DNA of 64,000 nucleotides from NCBI RefSeq assembly GCF_058153355.1, contig NZ_CM177019.1; one strand, 5' to 3'. Shown piece by piece: positions 57,977 to 64,000 of this stretch (position 1 is its first letter; each line of letters starts with the position of its first letter). The notes under the pieces were generated by a model. It saw only the letters and a program-made list of their open reading frames with translations, ran no database searches and was not told where the DNA came from. The position numbers and the translations under genes were made by a program.

Positions 57977-58372
57977 ATGACCAGCCGTTTTATGCTGATT
58001 TTCGCCGCCATTAGCGGCTTCATTTTTGTGGCGCTGGGCGCTTTTGGCGCGCATGTGTTAAGTAAAACCATGGGGGCCGTTGAGATGGGCTGGATCCAGA
58101 CCGGCCTCGAATACCAGGCGTTCCATACGCTGGCGATCTTAGGTCTGGCGGTGGCAATGCAGCGTCGCATCAGTATCTGGTTTTACTGGAGTAGCGTTTT
58201 CCTCGCGTTAGGCACGGTGCTGTTCAGCGGCAGCCTTTATTGCCTGGCGTTGTCGCATTTGCGTTTGTGGGCATTTGTCACACCGGTTGGCGGCGTGAGC
58301 TTCCTCGCGGGCTGGGCGCTAATGTTAGTCGGAGCTATCCGTTTAAAGCGCAAGGGCGTAAGTCATGAATAA
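57977..58372 (+). CDS. ygdD: DUF423-family inner membrane protein
   Basis: 131-aa hydrophobic ORF, syntenic. Confidence 0.85.
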
Positions 58373-59465
58373 GGTTGTATTGCTGTGCCGTCCGGGCTTT
58401 GAAAAAGAGTGCGCCGCAGAAATTACCGATAAAGCCGGCCAGCGGGAAATTTTCGGTTTTGCCCGCGTGAAAGAGAATGCGGGTTATGTCATTTATGAAT
58501 GTTATCAACCTGATGATGGCGATAAGTTAATCCGTGAGCTGCCGTTCAGTTCATTAATTTTTGCCCGCCAGTGGTTTGTGGTTGGGGAGCTTTTGCAGCA
58601 TTTGCCGCCAGAAGATCGTATTACCCCCATTGTCGGCATGTTACAGGGCGTAGTAGAGAAGGGCGGTGAACTGCGTGTTGAAGTTGCCGATACCAACGAA
58701 AGCAAAGAGTTGCTGAAATTCTGCCGTAAATTCACCGTGCCGCTACGCGCTGCCTTGCGCGATGCCGGGGTGCTGGCGAACTATGAAACGCCGAAGCGTC
58801 CGGTTGTGCATGTATTCTTTATTGCACCAGGTTGCTGCTATACCGGTTACTCATACAGCAACAATAATTCGCCGTTCTATATGGGCATTCCGCGTCTGAA
58901 ATTTCCGGCAGATGCGCCGAGTCGTTCCACGCTCAAACTGGAAGAGGCATTTCATGTGTTTATTCCGGCGGATGAGTGGGATGAACGTCTGGCGAACGGG
59001 ATGTGGGCGGTGGATTTAGGTGCTTGCCCAGGCGGCTGGACCTACCAACTGGTGAAGCGCAACATGTGGGTATATTCCGTTGATAACGGCCCGATGGCAC
59101 AAAGCCTGATGGATACCGGGCAGGTGACGTGGCTGCGGGAAGACGGTTTCAAATTCCGTCCGACACGCAGCAATATCTCCTGGATGGTATGCGATATGGT
59201 TGAAAAACCGGCGAAAGTTGCGGCATTGATGGCGCAGTGGCTGGTTAATGGCTGGTGCCGTGAAACCATTTTCAACCTCAAACTGCCGATGAAAAAACGC
59301 TACGAAGAAGTGTCACATAATCTGGCGTATATTCAGGCACAGCTTGATGAACATGGCATAAATGCTCAGATTCAGGCGCGACAGTTGTATCACGATCGTG
59401 AAGAAGTGACGGTGCATGTCCGCCGCATCTGGGCTGCGGTGGGAGGCCGTCGCGACGAGCGATAA
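58365..59465 (+). CDS. rlmM: 23S rRNA 2'-O-ribose C2498 methyltransferase
   Basis: 366-aa ORF, FtsJ-like MTase fold motif ([14 protein letters not shown]). Confidence 0.9.
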
Positions 59466-59508
59466 CTAACAAGGCCGGGGCGTCGTCTCCGGCCTGCTCC
59501 CATTTCTG

Positions 59509-60240
59509 TCAGGCTGTTACCAAAGAAGCCGCAACCTGGCGCTCATCAGAAATAATGTGCGTGACCTCATCCAGATGCCCGATGCGGGCTTCCCCTGAAC
59601 GATTAAATTTACTTTTATCAATCAATAACAACGATTGCGCGGCACGTTTTAATAGCATCGATTTGTAATCAGCGTTGATGGCATTGGAGTCCCACAGTGC
59701 ACCGCTGCTATCGATCCCTTCACAAGAAAAAATAAACAGATCGATTTCCAGCGATTTAAGTTGGGAAATCAGCGAGGGATTGACGTAACAGCCATATTTG
59801 CGCTCAAGTGTGCCGCCGGAACTGATCAGTTGAATGCGTTCACGTTTACCGAGTTCATGGCAAATCGGATGGCTATTGGTGAAGACCTGAATGTCGATGT
59901 CAGGCAACTGGCGTGCCAGATACCAGCAGGTTGAACTGGCGTCTAAGGCTATCACCATCCCTTCTTCAATCCACGCGAGCGCTTCGCGCGCGATATCTGC
60001 TTTATGCGCATAATGGCTTTTCAGCCGGATGTGAAAGGGATCGCCACTGTCTTGATTTTGACGGTGGATATATTTAGCGCGCCCATGATTGCGCAGAATT
60101 TTACCCTGCGTCTGTAATTCATTGAGATCGCGACGAATGGTTTCTTTACTGACCTTTAGCTGTTCAGAGAGCGCTTCCGTGGTCAGGCTGGTATGGTTCA
60201 GCAGCAGGTCGACTATCGCTTGCTGGCGTGCCGCTTTCAT
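59509..60240 (-). CDS. fucR: L-fucose operon activator (DeoR family)
   Basis: ORF 59509..60249; MKAARQQAIVDLLLNHTSLTTEALSEQLKVSKETIRRDLNEL… DeoR-type HTH. Confidence 0.9.
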   Translation of the reverse strand: MKAARQQAIVDLLLNHTSLTTEALSEQLKVSKETIRRDLNELQTQGKILRNHGRAKYIHRQNQDSGDPFHIRLKSHYAHKADIAREALAWIEEGMVIALDASSTCWYLARQLPDIDIQVFTNSHPICHELGKRERIQLISSGGTLERKYGCYVNPSLISQLKSLEIDLFIFSCEGIDSSGALWDSNAINADYKSMLLKRAAQSLLLIDKSKFNRSGEARIGHLDEVTHIISDERQVAASLVTA

Positions 60241-60297
60241 ATTTTTCACCCCATCATTCGATAACCGCCCGCGTCATGCGGGCGTACCGGTATGAGA

Positions 60298-60720
60298 TTA
60301 CGGTGTTACCCCTTTTTTTAAAAGAATATTCCCGTACTTCGCTCGTTCGCCTGTGATAACGATCGCAAAGGCTTTTTGCGCCCGTTCATAAAACGCAAAA
60401 CGATTGATGCGGATGATGTCAGGACAGGGGGCTTGTAGTGAAAGCGCATTTCGATAACGTCGTTCTACTTCAGGATCGAGAGTGTCACCCTCTACCGCTG
60501 CCATCATCACCAGCGGCGGTGCATAACTGTCCAGTTCAAATAACGGGATAATCGCCTGGAGTAAGTCGCTCACCAACAGGCCATCAGCACGGATCACCTG
60601 CGGTCCCATCGAATGGGCGGGAAAGTGAGCATCGGAAAAAATAATTTCATCTCCATGTCCCATCTCTGCCAGCACTTTCAATAGTTCGGGAGAAATTAAC
60701 GGCGAAATAGTTTTCAGCAT
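60298..60720 (-). CDS. fucU: L-fucose mutarotase (RbsD/FucU family)
   Basis: 140-aa ORF matching FucU. Confidence 0.92.
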
Positions 60721-60721
60721 T

Positions 60722-62140
60722 TCACACTTCCTCTATAAATTCAGGTTCAGTTTGTGGGTAGAAATAACGGTACTGATAATGAATCTGCGCGCGAGCTTCT
60801 TCCGGGCTGTTAAATTCCCCTACGCCATACCAACCGAACAGCGCAGCTCCTGCGACGGTCGTTTCGGCGTCGTCGAGAACTTTTACCGGAATATCAAGCA
60901 TATTGGCTTTAATCTGATTCCACAATGTGTTGCGACTTCCTCCACCGACTAACAATAATTCAGAGGCTTTAAAGTGCCCGATTTTTTCCAGCATCTGTAG
61001 ATTGCGCTGTAATTGCGCGGTTAACCCTTCCAGCGCCGCGCGATAGAAATGCCCCCGCGTGGTATTAAGCGTCACTCCTTGCCAGCCAGCGTTCTGACAC
61101 GACAATAAATCACACTGCATTTTCACGCCATCCGCGCCAGGCGCGATCAGACGAGCCTCTTCAATCAACATTTGCCAGGGCGTTTCAGTAGTCCAGAACA
61201 GTTTTCTCACCCATTCCAGCACGCCGGATGCCAGCCATTGCATACCGGGGTTATACAATCCTGCCTGGCTATCCAGTTCGCAGGTGGAACCGGCGTACTG
61301 ACTTAGCAGTGAAGTATCAACATGCGTACTGCGGACCATTAAAATTTCCCAGGTACCGGAAGAGAGCACGGGTTCATTTTGTTCGGCACCAGCACCAAAA
61401 AGGGCGAACTGGGTATCATGACCTGCAGAAATTACCGGTATGCCAACGGGTAAGCCGAGCATTGCTGCGGCGCTGTTCTGTAGCGTACCTATCTGTTCAC
61501 CCGCTTCCACCAGACGAGGGAAGAGTCGGCGTGGAATACCGGTGGCTTGTAAAATTTGCGGACTGAAATCGCGTTGCTGGATATCCAGCATCTGGCTGGT
61601 TCCGGCCATGGTGATATCAGTAGTCAATTCGCCGGTTAAACGGTGGTTAATCAGCGACGAAATAAAGAGCCAGGCGTGCGCGCGTTCCAGCAGTTGTGGA
61701 TGATTTTCTTTCAACCACACCAATTTATATAACGTATTGAAACTAAAGGCTCCGACGCCAGAAATAGCCTGCAACTGCTGTGCGGAGATCAACCGTTCAA
61801 TATTGTCCATTACCGCTGCTGTTCGCGGACATTTCCAGCTAATGATCGGATAGAGCAAATCGCCTTGCTTATCTACCAGAGCGCCATCCACACCAAAGGT
61901 GGTGACGGCGATACCGCGGATGTGGCATTCAGTCAGTTCACTATTGATTTGCCGACAGCAATCAGCAAAGCGTTGCAAAATGGCGTCTAAAGACCACTGG
62001 TGCCAGGTGTTGTTTTCCATCGCGATATCGCTGGCATTAGGCGTTGAGGCGCGGGCAACAATTTTTCCCTGCCGATTAACCGCGATGGCCCTGACATTGG
62101 TTGCGCCACAGTCGAGTACCAGGATAACTTCTTGTTTCAT
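60722..62140 (-). CDS. fucK: L-fuculokinase (FGGY sugar kinase)
   Basis: ORF 60722..62170; start taken at [21 protein letters not shown]…. Confidence 0.9.
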
Positions 62141-62248
62141 AATCGCTCCTGCAATATAGCCGGATAACATTGCTTATCCGGCTAACCACTCTTGCTTGTT
62201 CAGGCCCGGAAGCCGGAGCGACCGGGCATCACATCAGGGAGTAATGTA

Positions 62249-64000
62249 TTAACGCTTGTACAACGGGCCGTAGTTCTGGCAAGCGCGGTAATCCTGGCCT
62301 TCAATATCCATGCCGTGCGCAGCCCAGGCAGAAGGACGATACACTTTGGTCTCTTCAACGTTGTGCATACATACCGGGATACGCAGCATGGAGGCGAGAG
62401 TGATAAAGTCTGCGCCAACGTGGCCGATGGTCAGAACCCCATGGTTAGCGCCCCAGTTCGCCATTACCGAGTACACATCCGTAAACGGCCCTTTACCGGT
62501 GAGGCGCGGTGCAAACCAGGTGGTTGGCCAGGTTGAGTTGGTGCGTTTGTTGAGGATGTCATGCACATCCTTCGGTAACTCAACGCTCCAGCCTTCCGCG
62601 ATTTGCAGTACCGGTCCCAGGCCTTTGATGATGTTGACACGGGTCATGGTGAACGGGACACCGCCTTCAGTAAGGAAGCGGGAAGAGTAACCACCGCCAC
62701 GGAAATATTCGTGGATAGCCGGGCACCATTCGGTCGCGGCGAGGCAAGCGTCAGCCTCTTGCTGAGAGATTTCCCAGTGCGGCTTCATCGTCGGTTTACC
62801 TTCGCTGTCGCGTTGTTTACAGGAACCGTCCAGCGCAGCAGAACCGGAGTTGATCAAGTGGATAATGCCGTGTTCTGCCAGTCCGTCCAGTTTATGCCCC
62901 GTTACACGCTCAATTGCTTCTGGTGACCAGTAGGTACGCACATCGGCAAATACCTGAGCGGTGCCGGTGAGCTGGTGACCCATTAGCATTGCCACGCCGT
63001 TAAGACTGTCGTTTTCGGTCGCCACGACAAAGGGTTCGCGTACGCCATTCCAGTCAAATGAACTGTTGAGGATCGCTTCGGCGGTGTCGCCATTGGGATA
63101 TTGATCGGTCCAGTGACGTTGCCCCTGGAAGCCCGCAGCGATGGCGTTGTAACCAAGAGATTCTTCCACGCGACCAATATCGGCCAGTTTGCTGTTGCCT
63201 TGCATCATGTCGCGGATACACATCGCCATCAGTAAACTTTCGCGTAGAACTGCGCGGCTTTGCTCGGCATTGCGTTGATACTGTTTGTTATTTTCATCTT
63301 CGCCATAGCGGAAGTTTTTATCAGCCCAGGCCAGCGCCATTTCCAGTTCTGCTTCGTCGTAAATCTTCTGATCAATACGGCGACGCAGTTCGGTCATATC
63401 CACCGCCTGGACTTTCATTCCCAGCCAGGATTCAAAGAAGTTGTGGTCAACGATGGAACCGGCGATCCCCATCGAAACGCCGCCCAGCGACAGATAGCTT
63501 TTACCTTTCATACTGGCGACTGCCAAACCGGCGCGGGCAAAGCGCAGCAGTTTTTCTTCAACGTCGGCAGGAATCGATGTGTCATCGGCATCCTGAACGT
63601 CATGACCGTAAATGGAGAATGCCGGGATTCCTTTCTGACTGTGAGCTGCCAGAGCTGCGGCGAGGTAAACAGCGCCTGGGCGTTCAGTGCCGTTAAAGCC
63701 CCAAATGGCTTTCGGGCGGGTAGGGTCCATGTCAATGGTTTCACTGCCATAGCACCAGCAAGGCGTTACCGTAATGGTGAGGCCTACATTCTGGCTGCTG
63801 AATTTTTCTTCGCAAGCAGCAGCTTCAGCCATACCCGCGATACAGGTATCGGAAATGACACACTCGACGGCAGCTCCGCAGGCATGGCGCAGTTTCTCGG
63901 TCAGCAGTGCGGCCGTAGCTTTCGCCATATTCATTGTTTGTTCTTCAAGCGACTCACGAACACCCATGCGACGACCGTCAATAACCGGGCGGATACCAAT
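62249..64000 (-). CDS. fucI: L-fucose isomerase, N-terminus truncated by window end
   Basis: ORF matches FucI from …[22 protein letters not shown]…; the gene start lies beyond position 64000. Confidence 0.92.
   Translation of the reverse strand: MGIRPVIDGRRMGVRESLEEQTMNMAKATAALLTEKLRHACGAAVECVISDTCIAGMAEAAACEEKFSSQNVGLTITVTPCWCYGSETIDMDPTRPKAIWGFNGTERPGAVYLAAALAAHSQKGIPAFSIYGHDVQDADDTSIPADVEEKLLRFARAGLAVASMKGKSYLSLGGVSMGIAGSIVDHNFFESWLGMKVQAVDMTELRRRIDQKIYDEAELEMALAWADKNFRYGEDENNKQYQRNAEQSRAVLRESLLMAMCIRDMMQGNSKLADIGRVEESLGYNAIAAGFQGQRHWTDQYPNGDTAEAILNSSFDWNGVREPFVVATENDSLNGVAMLMGHQLTGTAQVFADVRTYWSPEAIERVTGHKLDGLAEHGIIHLINSGSAALDGSCKQRDSEGKPTMKPHWEISQQEADACLAATEWCPAIHEYFRGGGYSSRFLTEGGVPFTMTRVNIIKGLGPVLQIAEGWSVELPKDVHDILNKRTNSTWPTTWFAPRLTGKGPFTDVYSVMANWGANHGVLTIGHVGADFITLASMLRIPVCMHNVEETKVYRPSAWAAHGMDIEGQDYRACQNYGPLYKR

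Overview
This window is an Escherichia coli chromosomal segment (Enterobacteriaceae core backbone), recognisable from the encoded proteins and RNAs. It corresponds to the K-12 fuc / gcvA / csdAE / mltA / met-tRNA / amiC / argA / recDB-ptr-recC / ppd / thyA / lgt / ptsP / rppH / mutH / tas / lplT-aas / galR / lysAR / araE / kduDI / yqeFG / ETT2 region, read in the opposite orientation to K-12 numbering (K-12 comparisons are from memory, not a search). Most of the window is ordinary, syntenic core genome with the sRNAs OmrA, OmrB and GcvB, two initiator tRNA-fMet genes and the DARS2 region. Three things depart from that backbone. (1) A ~5.5 kb AT-rich accessory operon sits between amiC and the 3' end of the tRNA-fMet array (46.6-52.2 kb): a RAT-like/terminator leader, a BglG-family antiterminator, a glucose-family PTS EIICB, a MalY-like PLP C-S lyase, a short KdsD-like SIS protein and a D-2-hydroxyacid dehydrogenase. 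This is the best candidate for an uncharacterised system here. (2) The protease III gene ptr is split by a perfect 35-bp tandem duplication that shifts the frame. (3) A partial IS2 at the window start abuts a HilA-like ETT2 regulator gene (ygeH-like), which appears 3'-truncated, next to other AT-rich ETT2 remnant genes. No CRISPR array, prophage or integrase was seen.
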